From Guillardia theta CCMP2712 (lineage: Eukaryota; Protista; Cryptophyta): a DNA stretch of 64,000 nucleotides. A program made the position numbers and the translations under genes. The notes beneath the pieces are model-generated. The model had not been told where the DNA came from, did not search any database, and saw nothing but the letters and a program-made list of their open reading frames with translations. This document shows, in pieces, positions 28,704 through 40,809 of this stretch. The stretch is taken from positions 604,918 to 668,917 of the forward strand of contig NW_005434641.1 of assembly GCF_000315625.1 (NCBI RefSeq), given 5' to 3'. Numbering within the stretch: the first letter of the stretch is position 1; every line of letters begins with the position of its first letter.

Positions 28704-29331
28704 AAGAAGAGCTGAAGGAAAACAATGAGGAGCAGGAGGAGCAGGAGGTGTAGGAGGAGGTGCGAAGGTTTCTATTGAATGAAGATTAAACTGTCGGAAG
28801 CAAACTTGATCGGACAGCCTGGCAGCCTCGTCGTCACCTTGTCGGAACCCCGTGAGGTGACGGGCGGCCCAAGTCAGTCACTTCGAGTCCGTGGGTCCGA
28901 TCAGCCTGATCCGACGACTCAGTGACTCAGTCCGGGCCCGGGGCCCGGGGGCTACTCAGTGTGAGCAAATGGCCGGGGGGAGGCCCGCTGGTCTATTTCG
29001 GGGTTCCAGGGCAATGGAGAGGGTCAGACCGCACAGGTGAGACCATGAGAGACTCGGGCGACAGGAGAAGGAGGAGGAGGAGGAGGAGGAGGCAGACTGG
29101 GAGGAGCAGCATCATGAAACGTAGGAGCCTCAGGAGCAGGAGTAGAAGGGGGGAGCGAGAGGAGGAGGAGGAGGAGGGGAAGGAGAAGGAGAGGGAGAAG
29201 GGGAGGGAGAAGGGGAGAGCGAGAGGAAGAGGAGGAGGAGGAGGAGGAGGAGGAGGAGGACGAGGAAATTGTGATAGTAGAGCAGGAGGGGAGGAGGAGG
29301 AGAAATGCGTTGAGAATTAGGATCAACAAGC

Positions 29332-29531
29332 AGCAGGTACAGTGGAGGGTCTTCAATGTTTCATCAGCTAGAGCAGGTACAGTGGAGGGTCTTCAATGTT
29401 TCATCAGCTAGAGCAGGTACAGTGGAGGGTCTTCAATGTTTCATCAGCTAGAGCAGGTACAGTGGAGGGTCTTCAATGTTTCATCAGCTAGAGCAGGTAC
29501 AGTGGAGGGTCTTCAATGTTTCATCAGCTAG
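29332..29531. repeat. Perfect 40-bp minisatellite, 5 copies (AGCAGGTACAGTGGAGGGTCTTCAATGTTTCATCAGCTAG)
   Basis: Head-to-tail identical copies without spacers. Confidence 0.97.
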
Positions 29532-29722
29532 TCGCGTTGCGGGCTCGCGGGCTCACAGTGAATTCAAAGCAATAGAGATAGATTGTATTGTAATTCTGCG
29601 ACAACCCACACCTTCCCACTTGAACATCGGCCAGTGCCAGCAGAGAGAAAGAAGAGGATGAGAATATGAGGACAAGAGAAGACGAGGAGCAAATGAAATG
29701 GTCCTTTCCAACAGGCCGAGCG

Positions 29723-30498
29723 ATGTCGATCGCAACGAGCAACTCAGGAGATTTGTTGTCGGAGCTTTGGGTTTGCTAGGGTTGATTGCTGTCGTTATGC
29801 GCGTCTCACATCAGCAGCATCCACAGGTATCGTAAACTTCTATCTTCTACCTTCTACCTTCTATCTTTCATCTTCTATCTTTCATCTTCTATCTTCTACT
29901 TTCTACCTCTCGTCTCTCATTCCCATCTCTTCCTTCCCTCAGGCGCTTCAAGCTCGTGCTGCCTCTTTTCAGCAGTGGCCCAGCAGCAACATCCCGAATA
30001 TCCCGAACTCCCAGCAGCTGCTGTCGGCCTACCAGTCAGCTGCGATGCCTCAAGTGAGGAACGTGCCCCTCCAAGTGGCTCCCAAGTATCCGGCGCTCGC
30101 CGAGGCCACAGCGAGCAGCGCGGGAGGGCAGCAGCAGATCGAAGTCACCTCCTCAGGGCATCGGCACCCGACCATAGAAGATGTTCAGAAAGTCGAGGTG
30201 AGCTTGGGAGGGCAAGCGAGGGGAGGGGTGGGGGCGGTGACAGGAGGGGGCCGGGAGGTGTTGGGAGGGAAGGGCAAGGGATACGAGAGGTGGGGGAAGG
30301 CGATGGGAGGACAGAAGGGCCAAGGGCAGGAGGGGAGGGGAACAAAGTGCGGCAGAGGTTGGGCGAGTGAGCCAGTTCTGATGGCATGGGTGCAAGTTTG
30401 AGCGCAGGCAGACGATGGACTTCTGTCAGAGCAAGTTCAGCTCCTGGGTGAATATCCAGAAATGCATCGAGAATCTGCTCAAGAACGCGCGCTACTAG
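29723..30498 (+). CDS. Small hypothetical protein with N-terminal hydrophobic segment and C-terminal Cys pair
   Basis: Three exons: MSIATS..LLSGALGLLGLIAVVMR..|..MPQVRNVPLQVAPKYPALAE..|AQTMDFCQSKFSSWVNIQKCIENLLKNARY*. Confidence 0.55.
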
Positions 30499-30541
30499 AT
30501 TGTCTTTTTATGTATTGATTACAAATTTACTTGCTCCCCTT

Positions 30542-33500
30542 TCAATGACCTCTGGACTGATTCCCCATGTACTTGCCGCTGAAGTTGTAGCTGTAAGATT
30601 GAGAGCTGGGGAGGAAGCATTGCTCACCGAGTCTCGGAGCACTTGAACATCTCCCATCCTCCGACGCTGTCGCCCTTGTAGTGGAGCTCCCTGTCACCGA
30701 GATCAGCAAGACGAGAGCGGAAGATGCTGGGTTACCAGTCGTGAAACTCCTTGAGCTCGATCTTGTGCGAGATCGAGAAGATCCCCAGATTCATCTGAGT
30801 GCAGCGATCGTAGATCTCCTGCTCGACATCTGCTGGGGAGGTGAGCTGCTGGAGGTGGAAAGGACACGTGCCTGGAGATATTCCGTTGGTGCATTCGTCG
30901 AGGACGACGAAGGAGGGCCGATGGTAGAACAACCTTGCGAAAGCTGTAGGAGAGCAAAGACGTGAGGGATTAGAGGTGAGGGACACCCAGACAAGGAAGA
31001 GATCTAGTGGAGGAGGAGGAGGAGGAGGAGGAGGAGGAGGAGGAGGAGGAGGAGTNNNNNNNNNNNNNNNNNNNNNNNNNNNNNNNNNNNNNNNNNNNNN
31101 NNNNNNNNNNNNNNNNNNNNNNNNNNNNNNNNNNNNNNNNNNNNNNNNNNNNNNNNNNNNNNNNNNNNNNNNNNNNNNNNNNNNNNNNNNNNNNNNNNNN
31201 NNNNNNNNNNTCCCAAAGCAATGAAGCTGTCATGGCGCACCAGTACAATCAGAAAGTCCCGGCAGCGTTTGCCTTGCTGCTCCACCCCATCCCACCTGAA
31301 TCGACGTCGACATGGCCTCCATGTTTTTCCATGTGCTTGAGAAGTACTGAAAGGTGACAGTCAAGCGCGCAAAGGAAGGAGAGTCAGGGCAAGAGGAGAC
31401 CAGCAACAGGAAAGAGTGGGAGGGGAAGAGTGGGAGGGGGGAGGAGAAAGAAGGAGGGGAGGAGAGGGGGGAGGGGGGAAGAGTGGGAGAAAGGGGGCGA
31501 GAGGGGCAAGGAGTTGGGGATGGGGGCAGGGCGAAACGTTCAACTGCTTGCCTGTGCTATCATGTCTGGCGTATACTTGTCGATTCCATTCAGACCTAGT
31601 CTCACCTGTTGCATCAAGATGCGTAAAAGACTCTCAAGCTGCCCTCCCCTGCCTTGCTCACCGGTCTGCTGACCAGAAACAAACCGATGACAGTGACGAA
31701 GTATTTGTTGAGGTACTGCCGGTGAGAGTTTAGAGGGGAGTTGAGGGGATGACGGTGTAAGTTGTTTTCTGTGATAGCAGCATCTGAGTTTGCTCTGACC
31801 TGCCGCAAGATCTCCGAGTTGAAGTTCATCGCAGTTGTTTTCGAAAGATGTCTCAACACTCGAGCAAACCTGTTGGGTGCTCTCAGACCTCCGTCATCGC
31901 TTCCCCTCCTCCCTCACGATTCGTTGAGCCTGTCCTTCTCGGGTACTTCTCCTCCCAGAAACGCAACCTGCCGTTGTGCTTAGGATCGAGCCGAGACTTG
32001 AAGCCAACCTGCTCGCAATTTGTGATGAGCTCGCTATGGACGCCTCTGAGGTTGAAATCAGATTGAAATCAGATTGAAATCAGATTGAAATCAGATTGAA
32101 ATCAGATTGAAATCAGATTGAAATCAGAGTAGAATGGAATGAAAGTCGTCGCACGGACCGGAACATTCCCTCCAGTCTCTGCTCTTGTGCTGCGAGCTCG
32201 CCGTAGGGAGGCTGCCAAGTCTTGAGTTGCCTCGTCGCTGGTGGCCAAGTGAAACTCACGAGAGAGACGGTGGAGATGCAGGAGGCGATGGCGAACCAGC
32301 CGTAGAGGGTGAGAGGAGTGGTTAGTCCCTGAACTCGACTGGCAGGAGAGCTCATGAGTCGCTACCAAAAGGAAGACACAAGGAAGAGGAGGGGGAGGAG
32401 GAGAGGGGGAGGGAGTGAAAGAGGTCAAGAAAGAGAGGAGAGGTGGAGGGGAATAGAATTGACCTCAAGTCAACACTGTAGACGATGAAGTCGACAATCG
32501 GCTTGAGAGATTGCGACAACACCTGAAACCGGATGTGAGTTGGGTTATGGTGTGAAACAAGCATGCGCATCCGTATCAGTAATGGTATGAGTATCAGAGA
32601 GGGTCAAAAATTGAAAGATCAGCAAGGAAAAACCTGAGAAAACATCTCTGAGAACTTGTCGACGTCTGATGTAATCTAGTATTGCAGCAGTGTCATAGAA
32701 TCATCTGAAAGTAGCGCCGATCTTACCTGATGGTCGCAATGCTCAATCTTATCATCTCCAACCTTGTTTGCTTTGTAGAAGATCATATCATTCTGCATCA
32801 TCGTCATCGTCATCCTCATTATCATCATCTCATCGAATATCTTTCACTGTCCTGTCCCTCACCTTCCTCATGTACTTGTCGTGACACCATAAAGTAATTT
32901 TCTCGCGCACCTGACAGCAGAGATGACTAGAAGTCAACAGAACAAGACCTCAAAACCTCCTCACGCAGCTTGGCGATGTAATATTTCAACAGAGCGTTCA
33001 AGATCTGTTCGCATGAGCTCAAAACCAAAACAAGACACCAGCAAGGTCACCGATAGGAAGACAGATGTTCCCGCAAACTGAACGACCAAACGCTGATGTC
33101 GCGTCAGACTCAGCGCGGATTCATGTCATTGTGAGACACCTGCATATCTCGAAAGTTCCTCGTGACCTGTCACATCGTTCAGCATCTTCTCGCTCTCATC
33201 CTCCTTCTCTCACCAGCATTTTGACCATCTTTCCCCAGTGCCGAGCGACCCAGACCTGATGCGGTTCAACTCAGCAGAAAGACAGAACATGACATGCGCG
33301 AGACTCACGGATCCCATAGTTCGCAAAAGAAGACTGGTGCAGAGCATAATCACTGGTAGAGGTTACAAAGATGTCTGACATGACGCTGGCTGCTACCTGT
33401 CCCGACCTCCCGCTTGCTGCAGGCCTGCCATTCTCACTCAACATGTCTCAGGCCTTGTAAACATGTTCGACCTTCTTGAAGATCCTCATCAACGTGCGAT

Positions 33501-33721
33501 GCAGCCCTGGCTCTGTACAACCCATTAAAATGCAGGTTTAGCCGAGGCTGAAGAAGCACCGACGACGATGTTCTTCCGTATTCGCTTCCTGGCCTTGTAC
33601 TCCTACAACATGTGAGAAGGAGATTAGATATCGCAAGTTTGTCACCTGCACAATCTCGTTGAACTTGAAGACGAAAAGAAGAAACCCGAGGGAACAGCCG
33701 AACCCCAACGCCGCTGCTCAT
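30542..33721 (-). CDS. ABC transporter, subfamily D (peroxisomal-type half transporter), interrupted by gap
   Basis: VLSQSLKPIVDFIVYSVDL, PPYGELAAQEQRLEG.FR (EAA region), QYLNKYF, FARLFYHRPSFVVLDECTNGIS (Walker B), GIFSISHK (H-loop). Confidence 0.9.
32052..32128. repeat. 11-bp tandem repeat (GATTGAAATCA)n, intronic
   Basis: About 7 copies read directly. Confidence 0.92.
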
Positions 33722-34326
33722 GCAACTCAATGGCGTGACCTCAAGAACCTTGGAGGGGATGGAGGAGGTGTACAAGGAGAGGCGAAGGTATTCAGATGTG
33801 GAATGCTCAAGGTAAGGAAGCGGAGATGAGAAGCAGAGGAGCGGTATTGGATGTGATGGTATGTATGAGGATGGCAACATTGAGGGAGAGATGAGGGGAC
33901 AACTGGAGGAGAGGGCATGGCAAGTGAGGGGAGAAGAGGGAGGGAGGGGAGCAGAAGGGAGGGGAGATGTTCAAAGTAGTAGTAGAGAGAGGAGGAGGCA
34001 GGAGGCAGGAGGAGGCAGGAGCAAGTTTGTTGGATATCTCACTGACCATCGCGAGTTTTCTTGCCCAGCATTGCGCCTCAATCTTTAGTTAGACCCTCTG
34101 CTAATCACCCGTACTATTCACAAATTTTGGTACCGGTGGTCCTTGCTCGGCAATGCTTGACTACCCTATCACCCCCTTAATACATGTGAATTGAACCGGT
34201 CATGGCCCTTGCAAGATTTTCAAAAAGATGATGCCGCGAAAACTGGTAGACCGAACAAAAAACTCTTCCGTTACTGGACGTTACAAATATTTCTCAAGTC
34301 CCCTTTCCTCACCCTGCATAACTGGG

Positions 34327-37300
34327 ATGGCGGCGCAGGAAGGTGAGGGCGCGGGGTTGCGAGGAGAAGAGAAGAATGGAGGAGGAAGGAGGACGGCAGA
34401 CATGCAGGATAGAAGAACGATGGGAGGAGGGAGAAGAGTTGAGGCAGGAAGGCTGCCGAGAGTCAGCAGACCAGCTATTGTAATCCACCAGGCGGAGCAA
34501 ATGGCTAGAGTTCAAGACTGAAATCCGATTTTCCTTGCAGGCCAACAGGCAGGAGGAGAAAGCAAAGGTCTGTCAAGCTGTTGAATGATGGTTGTGGTTG
34601 AGCTGCTCCATCAGGGATCTCCCTGAGCTTGTCTTCGAACAAGAAGCGCCTTGCTCAGGACTCTGGTTGGTCGTGTGTTGCCATGGACGGGAGTTGAACT
34701 TGTCTTCAGCTATCTTCCAGGTCGACGACGATGGGGACAAGAATGAAAAGTCTTCCAAGACAGACATTAGGTGGCAGTCGATGACTCTATCCTCAGCATT
34801 CGTTGACGTTGTTGAGCAGAGAGCTGGAGGATGGTAAGGATAAGAAGGCGAAGGTATAGAACATGAAGCCACGGCAAGGCGTGACGAGTGAGCATCAAGG
34901 TCATCCCGATGAAGGAAGGAAAGGCCTGGCACCGTGGAAGGCTCGGGAAGGTGGGAAGATGGACGAGAATTGTTGGAGGATGAGAAAGTTTGGCAGGAGT
35001 CGAACGCGGAGCTAATCATGGATGTTTACAAGAAGGGAGGAAGCATTGCGACCCTTCCTCAGGGGGAGACCGTTGTTAAGCAAGAGGAGCAAGAGAACTG
35101 TGAGTGTTTGATAGAGTTGGTGGTGGTCAGGAGGGGGTGGAAGGGTTCTGCATGCAAGAGAAGTAGGACGAGGTCAAGGAACCGTGTGCAGGACGAAAGG
35201 ATGGGGGAAAGGAGGACAGGGGGACTGGATCGTTGAATTCAGGATAGAGAGGGCTTGAGACGAGGAGAAGTGGTGAATGCGTTCAGGGGAAGCAGTGGCA
35301 GCAGCAGAGGAGGAGGAGAGTGGTAGAGGAGGAGAAAATTATGTGTGCGGCTTCTCATCACTTCATCAGTTTCGATCAACGACGAGAATCTTAGCACAGA
35401 AGAGAAGGCGAAACGAGCGCTGCTGAAGGAAGCGGTGGATATGAAGAAGGTGGATGGAACGGGAGAGCGGTGGAACATGACGCTGCTGCAGGAGAACCCA
35501 GAGGAGGAGATGACTCTTGGCCTGACAATCCCAACGGTCCTCTGTTCCTTCCTTCGCCTCTCTCTATCCATTCTTACTTTCTCCTCTCCTTTCCCTCCCC
35601 ACCGCTGATCTTCTCCCTTCCTCCTTCCTCCCTCCGCCTTCTTCCTTCCTCCTTCCTCCTCCCTCCTCTCCCTGCCTTCTGCTGAAAACCCGCCATCGCT
35701 CATGAAGCGCACAGGGGAATCGTTCTAGTCGTGTCGTGTCTGAGGACGCGGTAAGTGTATGAGACAGGAGCCTCTCTATGACACGCCTCCCTTCCCTTGA
35801 CTCTTTTCTGATTTTTCTCCTTCTCCCCTGCAGGCGTTGAAAGAAGATCTCACGCAATGCGGGGAGGAGGTCAAGGTAGGTCGTGCGTCTCTTTCTCGGA
35901 TCCCAACACTTGCTCTCCCTCCTCTCTCCCTCCTTCCTACTTTTCTCTCTGCTCTCCCTCTACCTTCCATTATTGACGAGCTTGCAGCTGGACGACTATG
36001 AAAGTATGCCCATCTCTGAGTTTGGTATGGCTTTGATGCGCGGCATGGGATGGAAGGTATCTCCTTCTTGTACACTCCTGCTCCTCCTCCTCCTCCTCCT
36101 CCTCCTCCTCCTCCTCCTCCTCCTCCCCCTGCTCCTGCCCCTGCCCCTGCCCCTGCTCCACCGCCACCATCTCCTTAGCAAATTCGTATAGGATGGAGAC
36201 GCCCTAGGAGGGAGCCGGAAAGGGATCATCGAACCTATCGAGATTCGTGCCCAGGTGAAACTCTCTCGTCCTTATTCACCCGCTCTTCTTCTGCCTCCGC
36301 CTCCTCCCCCTCCTCTGCTCTCTCTGACAAGCATCAGCCCGACGGGCTTGGACTCGGAGCCGTTCCAAAGGAAAAGAGCCCAGAGAGAGACCGTGGAAGT
36401 CGCAGGTGCGGCTGAGGAGAAGAGGAACAAGGAGCAGGTGCGCTGATGGTAGTCAAGGTACATCCCGAAGCCAGGAGAAGAGAAGGATTACCGAGAAGTT
36501 GAAAGAGGTTTCCTATCCTCTTGCTCCTCCCTTCTCTCATCTCCTCCCCTGTCCTCTCCTTCCCTCTCGTTCTTCCTCGCTGCCTCCTACAAGTTGAGAT
36601 TCTTGTCAGAGCGCATTCGCAAAGAGGCGGCGGAGAGGATGGGTACTCTTACAGTAGGAACCAAGGTGAATTTCAGTCTCAGATCATGCGCAGGGCAGGG
36701 AAGGAGAGGAAGGTGGAGGGTCAATTATTGGAGGAGGAAGAATGAATTCGTTAGCTGACTTGTCTTCATCGACAGGTTGGGATCATAGGAGGAAGACACA
36801 GGTGAGATGCAGAATGCGAAGAACAGGAAGACGAGCTCTAAGTGGGACGTGGACAAGGATGGAAGGAGGGGAGGGGAGGGGGAAGAACTGAAGGTGACTG
36901 GCAGGGGGATGGTCGGCAAGATATCCTACATGTATGCACATGAGATCATGGTCCGGCTGGAGGTCAGGCCGGAGGAGACGGTCAATCGAGAGCCTCATAA
37001 CCAATGATGGCAGGCTAGCGAGGAGGAGGTGACTGTGGACAAGAAAGATCTGGATCGAGACATCTCAAAGGTGAGGAGGGGGAGAAAAGCTCAAGTCCAA
37101 GTGACTTTATTTGATGCTCTTGTGACTAGGCCGTCGAGATCCGAAAGCAAGAGCAGGAGAAGGTGGGGAACGAGCTCCGTCCCTCTCATGCCCCCCGCGA
37201 TACTATGCTCCTTTGTCGTGTCTCTTTCAACTCTGCGGTACTGCCATACTCTGCTGAGACAGTGAGGTCAGGCTGCCCAAAGAGAGAAGGAGAGGAAGGA

Positions 37301-38418
37301 AAAGGAGAAACAAAAGGGCCAGAGGGAGGAGGAAAGAAGGTGAAGGAGGAGGAGAAGTGAGCGAAGCTGACACGGAGTGAAGACACAAGCCCTCGGGTCA
37401 TCATGATCGCCGTAAGAGCGACGAGCATCATCACGGCAAGACGGAGGATGTTGACTGGCTGAGGCCTCATATCAGAGTGCGAGTTATTGACAAGAAAGTC
37501 AAGGTTTCTGCTCCTACAATCGTCCTATGCCAATCCCCATCCTCCCACTCTTTCCAGTTTCCTCGCTGCCTATCCAGCTTCTTGACGTCTCTCCCTCCTC
37601 CTTTTTGCCTATCCTGACCTCTTGATTCTTCCTTCAGGCTGGCAAGTACTATCTCAAGAAAGCTACGTGTGTCTGGTCTTATCCCTCTCTTGCTCTCACC
37701 TTGTCTGCAGTGTACTCGACGTTGTATCCAGGGGAGTCTGCACAATCATGATGGATGACGACAGGTCAGGCTCTTTTCCTTTCTTGCCACAAGATTCTTT
37801 CGATACTCGTGCTTTCCTCGCATAGCAATCTTCCATATCTCTATTCCCTGTCCTCCTCCCTTTGTTGGTGCTCCTCGTGAAGGCATCCTCCCTCAATTCC
37901 TCCCTTTCTCGTCTCTTTTCTTGCCCTCGGTCTATCTCTCTTGCCTTTGGATGGAACATCGCTAACGAGCATGAAGACGGATGGTGGAAGACGTGACCTA
38001 CAAGGTGCTTGTGGTTGGCGTGCTCCCTTGCCTGAGAGGACGTGGCAGATGCTTGAGACGGTGCTTCCCAAGACCGGAGGTTACGTCCTGTTCGTCAGCG
38101 GGTGCGAGGCGTTGGGGCTATCTCGGAGCTGATCCCCAGTGTCTTGTGTCACAGGAAGTTCAAGGGACAACGAGGAAAGCTTCTCGCCAAGGACAAGGAC
38201 CGAGAGGTCGCAGCTCTCGCTCTTACCTCTCAGCTGACCATCAGCTGGCATGACAGATCGCAAATGTCCAGCTAATGAGCAGCATGCAGGCAAGCTCATA
38301 ATCATCCAAAAGTTAACACCGTGATTGTATTGTGACGCCTGCTGGGCTGTAGGTGGAGGCCGTACCCATGGACTCCATTGCCGAGTATGTTGGGCGGGAG
38401 GGCGACATGCTCGAGTAG
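34327..38418 (+). CDS. GPKOW: G-patch and KOW domain splicing factor (GPKOW/Spp2/MOS2-like)
   Basis: DDYESMPISEFGMALMRGMGWK, RPDGLGLGA (G-patch 2), IRVRVIDKK/GKYYLKK and LETVLPKTGGYVLFV (KOW region), AVPMDSIAEYVG. Confidence 0.85.
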
Positions 38419-38469
38419 TGCGAAAGGAAGGAATACATTACATTAAAACTTCGACGCTCCTTGCCCTTG

Positions 38470-40400
38470 CTAGCCATCCAAATCTCCGTGGGCTCTTGGG
38501 GTAGAGATGGCGGACATGGCGGAAGCAGGAGTCGAGGCGTCGCTTCTTAGGACAAATTTGGATGACCAGGCCTGCTCAAGGCCCTGGCTAGAGCTGACTG
38601 TAGTGGAGGTGGATTTGGCATCCGAGGAGCAGGGGCTGCGGCTAGAGGTCAGAGATGAGGAGGGTAGAACCTGATGGTACCTGTCCACTCGGCGAGGTGT
38701 GATGCCTTCACTGATAGACTCCTCCGTATCTTCGTCTATCACCGACGCAGTTTCTTCCGTGATTTCCTGCCACGGGGTTAGAAAGCAAGCAAACGTCCTT
38801 AGGAAACCTCCACCTGGCTTATGTCAAACTTGTAATAGGGATCCAGACAGGGCGAAGGTGAAAGGAAGGTAAAGGATCGCAGGCTTGACGGGATGAACAG
38901 GTCTTCCTCCACTTCATACTTAGAGGAAGGGCTCGGAGTCTCGCGTCTCGCTTCTCTCCTCTTGACTCTGGTTCCGGTTGAGGACTACTTTGTGACAACA
39001 AGCATTCACTTACCTCTGAACCCTGACTTCTTCTCCTGAAGCAAGGGTATGGCTCTGAACGTATTCGTTCGGGCCTGACATCTCACATCCCACTGTGAGG
39101 TGGATCGTTGTTCCAGCTTTCCCTTTAGTCAATGCAAGCAGCTTTTCACTTGGCTGCGTTGTTGTTGTTAGAGCTCCCTGAAAAACAGCCGTTTGCATAC
39201 CAGATTGCGAACCGGCGTATCTGATATGGCGTACAAAATATCTCCAGCCAAGATTGCTCGAGAGTTGTCGGCAGGACCTGTCGCACTCGATCAAAACAAG
39301 CTTTTCAACAGAATCATGTCACTGCACCTCCTTCAATAATCCTGGAGATGACCAGATAACCATCTTTCCGGTTCTTGAACTCAATCCCAAGCCAGCCTTC
39401 GTCTTTTCCATTTTCTGCTTCCTCGAGGTTGGCTGGTCTCCAGTTTGGCAAGTATTGTCGAGTTCTGCAGAGACGTCACACTTCAAGGAAATTCAGCACA
39501 GAATGGGCGTACAAATCTTTGCTCCAAAGCATCAGATGTCTTTGATTCGTGTCAACGTTCGCTTTCGATTCAGGTTGCTGCACATTCCCGATAGGTGTCT
39601 CTGGAGATGTTGACGGACAGGAGGCAGGGGTTGCTGGAGGGTAGGAGGCACGAGATGCAGGAGAGTAGGAGGCGGAGAATGATTCCTGTAAGTTTCGAGA
39701 AGAGGGATGGTCGACAGCAGCAACGATTTCAGAGGCATCGCTTCTGCTCGATCTTGGTGCTTGAGGGACGTCAATTGGCCACACGTCTACATAGTCAACA
39801 GCGTCGTCCTCATTGCCGACATTCTCCTTTTGCTTGTGAAATTCCTCGACTGTAATAGTTGAATGGTGCGCAGTACGCTTGCTCCTCTTGTGGTGAGTGT
39901 GGCAGTCGATGCAGAAGAAGCTCTCGCAGTCCAAACAGTAATGCTCCGCCGGGTCTTGGTCTGCACACTCGTTGCACAACATGTTGCTGGAAGCAGATAC
40001 GACCATCACAAGATCTGCCAGACTATCTTGAATTCGATTGTTGTCTCGATCAAGACTGTTTCGTTGGGCCAACACGCCTGTATTAAAATACTTCAGCTTC
40101 CATATATCAGTGTTGGATATAGTGAGAAGGCGGCAAGGCCTAAGACTCGTTCACTGTGGGGTTATCTAAGCTTGTCCTATACTGCAAGTGCAGCTCTATT
40201 GAGCAATCAAACGATTGAAGGAAGGCGCAGAAAACCTGGGGGTATGTACTACAACTACAAGATCTGGTTATCAAGAAGCTTGAATGCAACACACGTCAAG
40301 GAGGTCAAAGGATGTCATCACAGACCAGAAGAGCCAAATTCACAACAGAAAGGCGGGGACAGCATCAGCCAAACAACAAAATTGACGAAAAAGAAGAAGA
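38470..40400 (-). CDS. B-box zinc finger plus PDZ domain protein; 5' end uncertain
   Basis: CNECADQDPAEHYCLDCESFFCIDCHTHHKRSKRTAHH (B-box); WLGIEFKNRKDGYLVISRIIEGG|PADNSRAILAGDILYAISDTPVRNL|PSEKLLALTKGKAGTTIHLTV (PDZ). Confidence 0.8.
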
Positions 40401-40809
40401 CGCTGGGGTAGCGCAATGGAATCTGAAGGAGAAAGGGGGTACTGAGAGGAGTCAGGCAGCACGTGCTGAGAGAAGAAGGGGAAGGGGAGCAACTCACTGT
40501 TGAGAGAGGGGGGAGGGAGAGGGAGAGAGGGAGAGAGGGAGAGGGAGACGGAGAGGGAGAGGGAGAGANNNNNNNNNNNNNNNNNNNNNNNNNNNNNNNN
40601 NNNNNNNNNNNNNNNNNNNNNNNNNNNNNNNNNNNNNNNNNNNNNNNNNNNNNNNNNNNNNNNNNNNNGGAAGAGATGGAGGAGATGGAGGAGATAGAGG
40701 AGATAGAGGAGATAGAGGAGGAGCATGTCACTGCTGAGAGAAGGCTGGCGGACATTACAACGGCCCAAGCGTCTCTGCCATGCTCAGAGCGGCAGGTCGC
40801 GAGAGGATT

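Noticed and set aside
29332-29531. Possible CRISPR array
   Set aside because: Units are contiguous and identical with no spacers, there are no cas genes, and the context is eukaryotic.
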